Assembly (NCBI GenBank): GCA_016932785.1
Contig: JAFGCJ010000003.1
Span: forward strand, 40,971-104,970
DNA length: 64,000 nucleotides
Source of the DNA: Candidatus Dojkabacteria bacterium
GTDB lineage: Bacteria; Patescibacteriota; Dojkabacteria; SC72; JAFGCJ01
Reading direction: 5' to 3'
In this document: positions 45,398-54,589 of the stretch, piece by piece
Numbering within the stretch: position 1 is the first letter of the stretch
How the letters are laid out: every line of letters begins with the position of its first letter
The notes under the pieces: generated by a model
What the model was told of the DNA's origin: nothing
Seen by the model: only the letters and a program-made list of their open reading frames with translations
The model's database searches: none
Translations under genes and position numbers: made by a program

Positions 45398-46801
45398 TCA
45401 ATCCTTTCTCTTAACCAACATGAATGTCGTGATGTTCTCACTGTCATCCTGGAGATCTTTGTCTACAACTTCAAGATCAAATAAATCGCTCAATCCTTCA
45501 GGGCCAAGAATGGCAACATTTGTAGAAATCAGACCCTTCGAAAGAGCTCTAGCCGCCGCAGCTGTATCAATAAGATCATGCTTTCCGCTTTTTTGTTTCA
45601 GATCAGGATATTTTTTTCTAAGGGTCTCCTCACACTGCTTCAATACCTGTGGATGGGCCATTATAGTATCTATACTAGCCCAATCAGTTTCTCGCCTTTT
45701 CATCAGGAAGTGCCTAATTGGAGTAGGAATTTCCTCAACAATATCAAAAGTATAGTCGGATATTGCATCTACCGATTCTTTCACAATTCCTCCAGCCTTA
45801 TTGAAAATCGCAAACAGCCCGAAGTCTATACTCCCCACATGAAGGTTCCTGAGAACAGATTCTGTCGTATAAAGGTATTTGAGTTTATAATCCTTGATCC
45901 CGCGATCAGCGGTATATTTCGTTATCACCTGATGGTTAAAACTTCCCACCCCGCCCTGTATTCCATAAACAACAAAGTTTGGATCTATCCTTTCGGGCAG
46001 AAGTTTGTTGTAGATACTGTCGTACGCATTTCCAAGCCTTATTCTCATCTGCTTCGTATATGAATTGTAATTCTGAAGATTCAAGAAAAGTTCCCAGGTA
46101 TCATTAATGGTAAATTCTTTAATCCTATGTAAATATTGTGTTCCTACTGTATCAATAGGTGTTTCATCAAATCCAAATTCATTAAGAAGTCTACCGATAA
46201 AATGCGTCACACCCATTGAATTTGCAGCAATTCTGTCATGGTCTTTTGCTGAGAACTCCTCGATACGAATTCCCTTACTCTTAAAATAGTTTTTCCAGAA
46301 TGCATACTCATTCTTAGTTGCCACAAATCTATCCATTACAAGAGGAAGACCCTCGAACCCATCTTTTGAACTGTCCGGCCCAAACATTGGATGAGTAAGT
46401 ATTGCCCTTGCCCTTGTACCCTTAAGATACTTCTCAAAGACTCTTTTGGGATGTTCCTTGACCGAACAAGTATCAATCAGCAGATTATCACAGAAGAAAC
46501 GTTTATGCTTCGAAATTACTTCCTCAAAAGAGGCTATAGAAATACAATAAATTACAACGTCAGCATTATAAATTTCTTTCTCACTCGCAGCGATTTCAGT
46601 TTCCTTCCCAATCTCAATTTCATCATATCGCTCTTTGGATCTATTAAATAAAATTAGAGGAAAGTCATCCTTGAGCATCCGGTATATAACCTTTCCAAAC
46701 CTCCCAAGCCCAACAATGGCAACGACTGGCTTGGAGGATTTTTTCTTTTTACTCAGTTTCTTTCGAGTTTTTCGGGTAGTTTTAGCTCCTTTTTTTTGCA
46801 T
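45398..46801 (-). CDS. fusion of prephenate dehydrogenase (TyrA-like) and prephenate dehydratase (PheA-like), no ACT domain
   Basis: 467 aa. The N-terminal half is VAIVGLGRFGKVIYRML (Rossmann fold) ...ILTHPMFGP. The C-terminal half is VVYGIQGGVGSFNHQV, SIDFGLFAIFNKAGGIVKESVD, MAHPQVLKQCE, NITTFMLV (TRF-like). Confidence 0.7.
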   Translation of the reverse strand: MQKKGAKTTRKTRKKLSKKKKSSKPVVAIVGLGRFGKVIYRMLKDDFPLILFNRSKERYDEIEIGKETEIAASEKEIYNADVVIYCISIASFEEVISKHKRFFCDNLLIDTCSVKEHPKRVFEKYLKGTRARAILTHPMFGPDSSKDGFEGLPLVMDRFVATKNEYAFWKNYFKSKGIRIEEFSAKDHDRIAANSMGVTHFIGRLLNEFGFDETPIDTVGTQYLHRIKEFTINDTWELFLNLQNYNSYTKQMRIRLGNAYDSIYNKLLPERIDPNFVVYGIQGGVGSFNHQVITKYTADRGIKDYKLKYLYTTESVLRNLHVGSIDFGLFAIFNKAGGIVKESVDAISDYTFDIVEEIPTPIRHFLMKRRETDWASIDTIMAHPQVLKQCEETLRKKYPDLKQKSGKHDLIDTAAAARALSKGLISTNVAILGPEGLSDLFDLEVVDKDLQDDSENITTFMLVKRKD

Positions 46802-47542
46802 TTATGTGCTGTAAATTTTATAGATTCGATTCATGAGTATACCAAAGTCCTCAGTGGATATCGTTTGGTCCCTATCAACCTGTTCAACCTCGGGGTCTAC
46901 ACTGGTCTCAACAATAATACCGTCGGCACCTGCCGCGATTCCTGCGCAAGCAAGATGACCCACCATATCTCTCCTTCCAGCGGTATGAGATGGATCTACA
47001 ATAACCGGGACACCGTAGTCGTGCTTGGCCACAAGCATGGCATTAAGATCCAACGTGAACCTCATAGCATCAGCACCAGTTCTCACCCCTCTCTCGCAAA
47101 GTATCACTTTATCCAGACCCATATAGGTAGCCGCTCCTAACCATTCCTTTATCGTAGAGATAAATCCACGCTTAAGAATCACAGGCCGAGGATCCTCACC
47201 TATCTTCTTCAATAATTCGAAATTCTGCATATTCCGAGACCCCACCCAAAGTATATCGGACACATCTCTAACCAAATCAACTTGCTGAGAGTCCTGAATT
47301 TCTACGGTTACAAGAAGTCCAGTCTTTTCTTTTATCTCCATCAGCCACTTTAGGCCTTTATCCCCAACACCTTGAAAAGAATCCGGACATGTTCTAGCCT
47401 TCCATAAGCCAGCGCGGAAAACCTGCGCCCCCATTTTCTTTACCTCGTATGCTGTTTTCAACAATTCCTCCCTTGAAGACGCAGAGCATGGACCAGCAAT
47501 AACAAGAGGTTTATTTTCCAGTAAGTTATCTCTTGTAATCAT
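46802..47542 (-). CDS. aroF: 3-deoxy-7-phosphoheptulonate (DAHP) synthase, type I-beta (KDO8P-synthase-like)
   Basis: 246 aa. LVIAGPCSASS, VFRAGLWKARTCPDSFQG, WVGSRNMQNFELLK, VILKRG, ILCERGVRT, VIVDPSHTAGRRD. Confidence 0.85.
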   Translation of the reverse strand: MITRDNLLENKPLVIAGPCSASSREELLKTAYEVKKMGAQVFRAGLWKARTCPDSFQGVGDKGLKWLMEIKEKTGLLVTVEIQDSQQVDLVRDVSDILWVGSRNMQNFELLKKIGEDPRPVILKRGFISTIKEWLGAATYMGLDKVILCERGVRTGADAMRFTLDLNAMLVAKHDYGVPVIVDPSHTAGRRDMVGHLACAGIAAGADGIIVETSVDPEVEQVDRDQTISTEDFGILMNRIYKIYST

Positions 47543-47560
47543 CTTATTAAAAATAAAAAT

Positions 47561-47854
47561 TTATTCTTTAGAAATGTTCTCTTCTAAATCCAGGGCATAT
47601 GAATGCATCAGCTCCCAAATTTGCCTTACAATCTCACCCTTAAGACCAAGCATCTCTGCTTTGGAGATCCTAGAGTTAATAACTTGATCCCACCTGTTCT
47701 CATCAAGAGGGGGAATATCATTCCGTGCTTTATATTCACCAATCTTTGCTACTAGCTTCATCCTTTTGGAAATAAGAACTATCAGCTGTTCATCAACTTC
47801 ATCTATTGCCTGCCTAAGATAATTTAGATTTTTGTCATTTGGTACTTTTTCCAT
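47561..47854 (-). CDS. AroQ-class chorismate mutase
   Basis: 97 aa. LRQAIDEVDEQLIVLISKRMKLVAKIGEYK...DENRWDQVI. Confidence 0.85.
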   Translation of the reverse strand: MEKVPNDKNLNYLRQAIDEVDEQLIVLISKRMKLVAKIGEYKARNDIPPLDENRWDQVINSRISKAEMLGLKGEIVRQIWELMHSYALDLEENISKE

Positions 47855-47883
47855 TTTTCTATCAATAAAAAATTAACCACAAC

Positions 47884-47903
47884 AAAAAACCGCCTCTCGG
47901 CGG
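47884..47903 (-). terminator. short GC hairpin plus U-tract
   Basis: Minus strand reads CCGCC-gaga-GGCGG followed by TTTTTT. Confidence 0.4.
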
Positions 47904-48065
47904 CCTTCAACACTAAGAATACTCCTAGAAAATCAGCCGCCGGCAGCGGTAAAGTAAAAGAAAAAGCTAAATTTGTTCGGTTTCATAAGCATTTCTGCTC
48001 AGGCTGATTTAAATTATTGAAAATTATAGCGATTCAACAGCAAATTGTACAGAGAGGCATGGAAT

Positions 48066-48581
48066 TTATTCCACAATATATTGCGAAAGAAGATCCAGAT
48101 CCTCATAATGGTGATCCGCGCCTTCAACCTTTACCAGCTCATATTTTTCCATTTTTGTTTCCTCAACGAGCTTCTTAAGATCATCAAAATTACATGCCGG
48201 ATCAAACTCCTTCTGAAGAAAGACTACGGGAACAGTACAACCGGCAAGCCATGTTTCTATATTGCATCCAAGCCTTTTGCTGAATTTTACAGCGGTACCG
48301 GCAAATACCATTCTAGCAGGATAAATCTTACCTTCGTAAACCCCCTTAAAGGCAAGAAGAGTCCCTGCAGATTTCGCGAAAATGACATAATTGCCTAATC
48401 CCGAGGCAATATTAACCATTCGTTCAAACTCTTTATCCATATCGAGTAAATTCCCCCCACTCTTCCAATGGTCGTAATATAGAATCTCGGTTGAAGCAAA
48501 ACCGTGACGCACTTTGGCTTCGACAGCCTCTATCCACTCTTCGTTCTTTGAACTGTTGCCCGGGAGTAGTAGTAAATCCAC
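48066..48581 (-). CDS. small alpha/beta-fold hydrolase
   Basis: 171 aa. LLLPGNS, a nucleophile elbow-like FAKSAGT, and late Asp/His candidates (EFDP, GADHHY). Confidence 0.55.
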   Translation of the reverse strand: MDLLLLPGNSSKNEEWIEAVEAKVRHGFASTEILYYDHWKSGGNLLDMDKEFERMVNIASGLGNYVIFAKSAGTLLAFKGVYEGKIYPARMVFAGTAVKFSKRLGCNIETWLAGCTVPVVFLQKEFDPACNFDDLKKLVEETKMEKYELVKVEGADHHYEDLDLLSQYIVE

Positions 48582-48599
48582 GTTTTTATTATATCACTC

Positions 48600-49061
48600 T
48601 TATTCCGAGTCCGTCTTCTGACGAAACACTAGAACAAAACCATCAGGATCTTTTACAACCAATTCCGTCATTCCCCAGGGATACTCCTTCCTGGGTGCTA
48701 CAATCTTATAATTATTATTTCTACATACTTTCTCAACTACATCCAGCGACTCCACATCTACCATAGCAGAAATCTTTGAACTGGTAACTACTTCTTTAAA
48801 AACTTCTGGCTTCACTGCCACATGACCATCTGCAATTTCAAGAATTGCATCTCCCACTTGGAAAGAAACCCCACGATAATTTTCTTTGGCTGTAGGTATA
48901 CTCCCATCCAGACCTCGCAAAAACTCCTCAGGACCATATGCAAAAACTTCTTTAAAGCCGAAATTCCTATAGAAGGCATATGAGCCATCAAAATCTTGAC
49001 ATTTAATATGTATCCCAAAGCTAACTGGACTATTAGTATTTTTCATTAAAACTTGTCTCAC
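48600..49061 (-). CDS. VOC (glyoxalase/bleomycin-resistance) family protein
   Basis: 153 aa. FYRNFGFKEVF...GVSFQVGDAILEI...LVVKDPDGFVLVF. Confidence 0.6.
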   Translation of the reverse strand: MRQVLMKNTNSPVSFGIHIKCQDFDGSYAFYRNFGFKEVFAYGPEEFLRGLDGSIPTAKENYRGVSFQVGDAILEIADGHVAVKPEVFKEVVTSSKISAMVDVESLDVVEKVCRNNNYKIVAPRKEYPWGMTELVVKDPDGFVLVFRQKTDSE

Positions 49062-49139
49062 AACTTATATACGTATTAACTGTTGATTATATTCAAAAAT
49101 TCTTTTAAAATAAACCAATTTAAATACGTACATACGTAT

Positions 49140-49703
49140 ATGAAAGTATTCTACACAGCATCGTACTACGGTAAAGAAAAATATCAAAAATATTACGACA
49201 AGGTCCTTTCGGCAATCGAGGAGACAAAGGTTGATCTTATATCTCCTGAAAAAGGAAACTACATGAACATTCTGAAGCCTCACGATAAAGACAAAATCAA
49301 GGATAAATTACTGCTCCACTACAAAGCCATAAAACAAGGTATCCTATGGTCCGATGCTGTAATTATCGAAATTAGCAATGAAGATTTTCAGCTTGGACAC
49401 GAGGCTACACTTGCTATCCAGAATAAGAAACCCGTCCTATGCTTATCTATACACGAAGATTTTGGAAAGAAAATTAAGAGCAGATTCTTTTTCGGTTCAA
49501 AATACAATCAATACAACATAAAGTTTATTGTTCAAGAATTTATTAATAGAGTGAGAAAAGGAGTTCTTACCGAAAGGTTTAACTTTTTCCTTTCTCCCGC
49601 CCAACTTCAACACCTAAAAATCTCCTCACAAAAAACAGGTATTACAAAATCAGAGTACTTACGAAGCCTGATTGAAAAAGATCTCATGCTCCAGAAACAC
49701 TAG
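49140..49703 (+). CDS. nucleoside 2-deoxyribosyltransferase-like domain fused to a C-terminal ribbon-helix-helix
   Basis: The ORF track starts at 49083, but the likely start is ATG 49140 (MKVFYTASYYGK...). An NDT-like layout follows (SDAVIIEISNEDFQLGHEATLAIQNKKPVLCL). The C-terminus ERFNFFLSPAQLQHLKISSQKTGITKSEYLRSLIEKDL is a CopG/RHH pattern. Confidence 0.45.
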   Translation: MKVFYTASYYGKEKYQKYYDKVLSAIEETKVDLISPEKGNYMNILKPHDKDKIKDKLLLHYKAIKQGILWSDAVIIEISNEDFQLGHEATLAIQNKKPVLCLSIHEDFGKKIKSRFFFGSKYNQYNIKFIVQEFINRVRKGVLTERFNFFLSPAQLQHLKISSQKTGITKSEYLRSLIEKDLMLQKH

Positions 49704-49770
49704 AACAAACCCATTGCTAGTCCAACCTCAAACAACTATACTGAAAATAATAAGTTAATAACCCTCTACC

Positions 49771-50859
49771 ATGTCAGGATGCATAAAAGCCTTCCGCTGG
49801 ACCATTTCTGTTTTCCTAATACTACTAATTATTCCAACAATAACCATCGGTGTGCCTCTAGTATCTGTTTCAACCTACCTTGCAAACCGGGAAACCCCCA
49901 AGAGATGGCTCAAAGAGATCGAACTTTACGATAATGCCTTGGATATAGCTCTGGATGTACTTGAAAAACAAAAGGAAGGCTCATACTTTATTGATTTAAA
50001 GGACAGAATAGATGATGAAGATAGCGACGTAAGTGAGGCCGTTCACAGACTGGCAGATCCGGATTTCCTTGAGGAAAGCATAGAAACTGTGATAGATGCC
50101 TACTACGATTGGTTCGAAGGCGAAACAGATAAACCTGAATACAGTATACCCATAGCTGAGGACAAGGAGACACTGGTGGTACTTCTCTCAGCAGGTTTTA
50201 AGGAAAAGGTCAGAGGTCTTCCTGTTTGCGAAGAAGGATTCGTCATCACCGATGATTTCAACCCGATTGAGACAGAATGCCAACCTGAAGGATATGACTT
50301 CGATGAAATCACAAGATACCTGGAGGACAACGCTGACTCGGATGAATTCGAGGAACTTCTCAGCAAAGCAAACATTTCTTCTGACGAAATAGAATTAAGT
50401 GACGAGACAACTGAGCAGGCACAACTTCTATACAATAAAATCAAAATCTATCCAATAATATTCCTGTCAGGAACTATTATTCTTGTGCTCTTATTAATAC
50501 TACTAATTCCTGGTGTCAAAACATCCTTCATGACTACAGGGATTGTACTTATCGTTTCATCAGTGTTTACTACCATAACCGGCTTGATAATAAAGATCAT
50601 TATCAACTTTGGATCGCAAAAAGGACTCGATGAAATCAAAGACAAAAATTATGAGGAGCTCGAAAAAATACTTGGAGAGCTAATTAGAGTAGTATCGGCA
50701 GATATAACAAGGAGAACCCTACTCATAGCGCTTACAATTCTTGTCATAGGAGTACTTTTGACAATAATCGGCGCGGTTATAAAAAAAAAGAAGGATAACG
50801 CGGGAGAAGACTCCACTAAGCCTTCGAAAAGTGAAGAGAAAAAAGCAGACAAGAGTTAG
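49771..50859 (+). CDS. hypothetical polytopic membrane protein with acidic ectodomain
   Basis: 362 aa with about 4 TM helices and a Lys-rich tail. Confidence 0.6.
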   Translation: MSGCIKAFRWTISVFLILLIIPTITIGVPLVSVSTYLANRETPKRWLKEIELYDNALDIALDVLEKQKEGSYFIDLKDRIDDEDSDVSEAVHRLADPDFLEESIETVIDAYYDWFEGETDKPEYSIPIAEDKETLVVLLSAGFKEKVRGLPVCEEGFVITDDFNPIETECQPEGYDFDEITRYLEDNADSDEFEELLSKANISSDEIELSDETTEQAQLLYNKIKIYPIIFLSGTIILVLLLILLIPGVKTSFMTTGIVLIVSSVFTTITGLIIKIIINFGSQKGLDEIKDKNYEELEKILGELIRVVSADITRRTLLIALTILVIGVLLTIIGAVIKKKKDNAGEDSTKPSKSEEKKADKS

Positions 50860-51524
50860 CCCAAAATCTCCACTCCGCCGAATATAGCATCCCCGTCTAT
50901 TGTCAGCACGGGAAGTTTCTTATCATTTCTACTTGTAAACTTATCCTCCCATGCACCAAGTGCCGCCGATCCAAGAGATACTACTCTACACTTATCCGGT
51001 ACCCATATTTTTACTCCTCCAAAAATAGCCGACACATCAATTTTGGCACCAGACTTAGAGATTTTCGCGCTTCTAAGATCCAGTTCAACAGCACCAAATA
51101 CAGCCGAAACATCACCCCCTTTATAGTTTTCAGACACTATATTCTTCTTAACACCGGTACAAACAGCCGAGGCCTCAACGCTTTCTCTATCTACAGCGTC
51201 AGACGAAACACCTTTATACTTAAAGACATCACCCAGCAGAATTGAAAGCCCAAGGAAAATAATTATGGAAGGCCAGAGCACCGTCCAAAAGCTCCAACCA
51301 AACCAAGCGGATACCGTAAACAAAAAGCCGAAGAAGATGATCCAAAGGCCCGTCATTGTGTTCCCCTTAATTAGAATGGATGTCCCCAAAACAATCACCA
51401 ACAAAGGCCATATTTTCCCCAAAAGCCCTCCCCCGGCAAAGCCCAAAGATTCCAGAAGAAGAACACTGCCTACAATTACAACTATTGCACCAAAAATCGG
51501 CCTTCTACTACCTTTACCCTTCAT
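50856..51524 (-). CDS. LiaF-like / toastrack-domain membrane protein
   Basis: 222 aa. The N-terminal 4-TM block resembles the LiaI-LiaF type. The C-terminal repeats are AVFGAVELDL, AIFGGVKIWVP, AIFGGVEILG. Confidence 0.6.
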   Translation of the reverse strand: MKGKGSRRPIFGAIVVIVGSVLLLESLGFAGGGLLGKIWPLLVIVLGTSILIKGNTMTGLWIIFFGFLFTVSAWFGWSFWTVLWPSIIIFLGLSILLGDVFKYKGVSSDAVDRESVEASAVCTGVKKNIVSENYKGGDVSAVFGAVELDLRSAKISKSGAKIDVSAIFGGVKIWVPDKCRVVSLGSAALGAWEDKFTSRNDKKLPVLTIDGDAIFGGVEILG

Positions 51525-51574
51525 GAATAATTTTGTTAAATTTAGTTACTGGAGAAGCCTTCTTTAGAGAAATA

Positions 51575-52786
51575 CTAGTCCCTCTTTATGACAAAGCTCC
51601 CCACTCCGACATCAACAGTAATTTCTATCCGATGCTCGGCATCATTATAGTTATCAGACTCATAGGTTTTACTGTCTCCTCCTATACCGGAAATCTTCTT
51701 CCCCGGCATATTAATTGAACCAACCCCCAACTCGTAATTCAAATTGAAGCCAACCCCTTCTGGAATCACAAGGATCATTGATCCTGCTCCAACTTCTACT
51801 TTGACCTCACCTTCGGGCACTGTATCCCCCACCATCTTGACCTCCAGACTACCAGCACCTACATCTAGATCCATCGAATCAATAACCAAATCATCCAGCA
51901 CAACCTCAAGCACACCGGCTCCAACATCTATCTTGAGATCTTCCAAAGTTACTTCGTTAAGATCTATTTTGCCCTTTCCAGCGCCAAGATCAATGTCTAA
52001 TCTTGTTTTAACATCTGGCATCCCAAGAACAAAATCATAACTTGGTCCCCTCGACGGAATATCCCACAGACCAGACGGGCCATCAGTACTGAACGAAATC
52101 TCAAGAGATCTTTCTTTCAGCTTTTCTGTAATATTGGGCTCCCCAAAATTGTCAAAATATTTAGCATCAAGAAACATATAATTGCTACTATCGTCGTCTT
52201 TTATCGTAAACTCTGCAGCGTCTAGATCAAGCTTCAACGTCCTGCTGTCAATATTTTCGTCTTCATATTCAATTCTATACGTTTGGGATTCACTCTTCCC
52301 AACGTACAACGTCACATTTTCACTTAAGCTGTTAAGCCAGGATGGAACAGAAAAGTTGATTCTATCAAGAAAATCATGACCAGATATAACAAATGAAACC
52401 GCGACAATGAGAGAAAAAACTGAAAAAGCCAACAAACCCGAAACACATCCGCCAAGCTTCGATCTGCCAAATATCAGCTGAATACCCCAAATCACAATAA
52501 ATACAGGCCAGAATCGCCAAAGTATGCCCCAGACACCCCAGGATAACAGACCTGTTGTATTTAGCAGTAGAATAACACCCACAAATATCCAAAATACCGC
52601 CCAAACAAAACGCCCACCGTCATATCTCTTTTCATCGTAACGTCGAAAAACACTTTCACTTTTTTCCACAGATGGCTCAGAACCTTTTACAACATCTTCC
52701 TGAACCTTCTTCTCCTTTATCTTAACCGGACTCGAGCTTTTACTTTTGCTCTTACTTTTACCTGATTTTCCCTTAGAACGTGCCAT
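51575..52786 (-). CDS. toastrack (DUF4097/LiaF-like) membrane protein
   Basis: 403 aa. Lys/Ser-rich N-terminus, 4 TM helices, then five (D/E)-(L/V)-G-(A/V)-G beta-repeats (IDLGAGKG, IDVGAGVL, LDVGAGSL, VEVGAGSM, YELGVGSI). Confidence 0.6.
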   Translation of the reverse strand: MARSKGKSGKSKSKSKSSSPVKIKEKKVQEDVVKGSEPSVEKSESVFRRYDEKRYDGGRFVWAVFWIFVGVILLLNTTGLLSWGVWGILWRFWPVFIVIWGIQLIFGRSKLGGCVSGLLAFSVFSLIVAVSFVISGHDFLDRINFSVPSWLNSLSENVTLYVGKSESQTYRIEYEDENIDSRTLKLDLDAAEFTIKDDDSSNYMFLDAKYFDNFGEPNITEKLKERSLEISFSTDGPSGLWDIPSRGPSYDFVLGMPDVKTRLDIDLGAGKGKIDLNEVTLEDLKIDVGAGVLEVVLDDLVIDSMDLDVGAGSLEVKMVGDTVPEGEVKVEVGAGSMILVIPEGVGFNLNYELGVGSINMPGKKISGIGGDSKTYESDNYNDAEHRIEITVDVGVGSFVIKRD

Positions 52787-52842
52787 AGCAGTATTCTGAC
52801 AAATTAGTACACCACCTCATCGACTTCCCAATTAGACAAGGG

Positions 52843-53073
52843 CTATTTCTCTCCAACTTTTGTTGCTCCTTTAACGTCAGACTCAGTCGGGATAACAATC
52901 CAAAGGATAATATAAACTAATATTCCTGACCCACCAAACAACACAACAAGAACCCATATGATCCTAACAATTGTAGGATCAACATCGAAATACTCACCTA
53001 TACCACCACACACTCCAGCAATCATTCGATTACTCTCTGAACGATATATCCTTTTATTTTCTTTAGACATCAA
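52843..53073 (-). CDS. pspC: PspC-domain protein
   Basis: 76 aa. RIYRSESNRMIAGVCGGIGEYFDVDPTIVRIIWVLVVLF. Confidence 0.85.
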   Translation of the reverse strand: MMSKENKRIYRSESNRMIAGVCGGIGEYFDVDPTIVRIIWVLVVLFGGSGILVYIILWIVIPTESDVKGATKVGEK

Positions 53074-53208
53074 GCTATTGGCTAATAAATAAATTAGAAG
53101 AACAACATAATTTCATTTTACCAAAAATGCTCACAGTCACCAATATTTAAGGGAAAAACATTCAAAATCGAAGCGGTCTTCACCGACTTACTGTTTTACC
53201 CAGAAAGA

Positions 53209-54345
53209 CTATTTAAGCATGTAACCACGCCCATGAACAGTCTTAATAAGATCACCCTCCACCCCAAGACTTCTTAACTTCTTCCTCAGCCTCTTTATTA
53301 ACTGTGTAATAGCCCAATCCGAGTAGTTCTCTAGACTTTCACCAGGCCAAATAGCTTCCGCAATTTGCTCTTTACTTACAAGCTTTCCCCTCATTTTTGC
53401 CAGTAACGTCACAGCGTTATACTCGGCCGGAGAAAAAGAATGAACAACGCTTACTCCCTCAACAAAAAGGTCTCCAGTATTTGGATCAAACGCAAAATTC
53501 TTCTTTCCATCGAGCCTAGAGACAATATCCTGTACTACGGCATTCTTATTCAAAAACTCCATAAGATCTACATCCTCCGGCCTATTCTCCAGCGACATTG
53601 CCGCATACTTAATCAAGTATGGATATCCTCTACTAACTTTTTTGATAGCTTCCTGCTCATCCCTCGTAAATTTCTTATCGAGGATATAGCCCCACCTGGT
53701 AACAAGATAATCGACATCCCGAGAAGGAAGCGATCCAAACTCAACAATGTTTTCCTTCATAAGATCCCTTATCAAAGCAAATTTCTCGCTATTCATCTGG
53801 TAAGGAGCTTCTTCATAGACGAGAAACAAAAATCGTACACGTGAAGGATTCATATCAGCCTCCCTAAGAGACCTAATATTCCCCCACATAAACTTATAAG
53901 CAAACTCCAAGAACCCAATACCTCGCAAAACAAATATGATCTCATACTTCTTCTGACACTTTGATACTTCTCTTCGCACCTCATCAAGAAGCTCGGAATA
54001 TGAAGAAAATGCTTTTGGTTTTCTCCCTGGACAGCATTTTTCCAGTAATTTCCGGTATATAAGGTTCATGTAGGAATGCTTGCTGTCTTCCGACATTTCA
54101 TTGGGATCAATTATGATTATCTTCTGGTCGTTCGTAGAAATGTTTACTTTATTTGACTTGGCAAGCTTATCGACCTCAGAGACCAAAAAGCGTATAAGTG
54201 ATATGCCCCCGCCAAAACGATACGCAACTCGCACGGTAACATTGTGACCAGATGCTAGTGGCCTGAATATCTTCCTAAAAATGTCGTTTGTCGTCTTCTC
54301 TGTCAGGGGGTAGTAATATTTTGAATTTCTCGAAATTCTTTTCAC
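53209..54345 (-). CDS. OmpR/PhoB-type winged-helix DNA-binding protein with an N-terminal degenerate NTPase-like domain (no receiver domain)
   Basis: 378 aa. The C-terminus is FSPAEYNAVTLLAKMRGKLVSKEQIAEAIW...ITQLIKRLRKKL...IKTVHGRGYMLK. The N-terminal ~270 aa are alpha/beta, with AYRFGGGISLI where a P-loop would sit. Confidence 0.65.
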   Translation of the reverse strand: MKRISRNSKYYYPLTEKTTNDIFRKIFRPLASGHNVTVRVAYRFGGGISLIRFLVSEVDKLAKSNKVNISTNDQKIIIIDPNEMSEDSKHSYMNLIYRKLLEKCCPGRKPKAFSSYSELLDEVRREVSKCQKKYEIIFVLRGIGFLEFAYKFMWGNIRSLREADMNPSRVRFLFLVYEEAPYQMNSEKFALIRDLMKENIVEFGSLPSRDVDYLVTRWGYILDKKFTRDEQEAIKKVSRGYPYLIKYAAMSLENRPEDVDLMEFLNKNAVVQDIVSRLDGKKNFAFDPNTGDLFVEGVSVVHSFSPAEYNAVTLLAKMRGKLVSKEQIAEAIWPGESLENYSDWAITQLIKRLRKKLRSLGVEGDLIKTVHGRGYMLK

Positions 54346-54589
54346 AAGCGGAATTATACCAATTTCTTGATTTGCGGGCAGCTCTGGTCGAATACTAAAT
54401 TCCGCTGTAACGGGGTTCGACCTTATTTAAGTCTAAATATTTCTGCGTACTAACTCTCTATTTGCTAACGATCAGCGCCAAAACAATGATGCCAATCGTA
54501 AGAATCATAGGTGCACGATTAAATAATAAAATTAAAAATTTTCCGGGCATCTAGATATATTTAAAATTTATTTATAGTCTAATAATAAA

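Noticed and set aside
54458-54550. 30-codon hydrophobic minus-strand ORF (MPGKFLILLFNRAPMILTIGIIVLALIVSK) upstream of the wHTH regulator.
   Set aside because: No recognisable Shine-Dalgarno or promoter. It is too short and AT-driven to support without expression or conservation data, and is noted only as a weak candidate.
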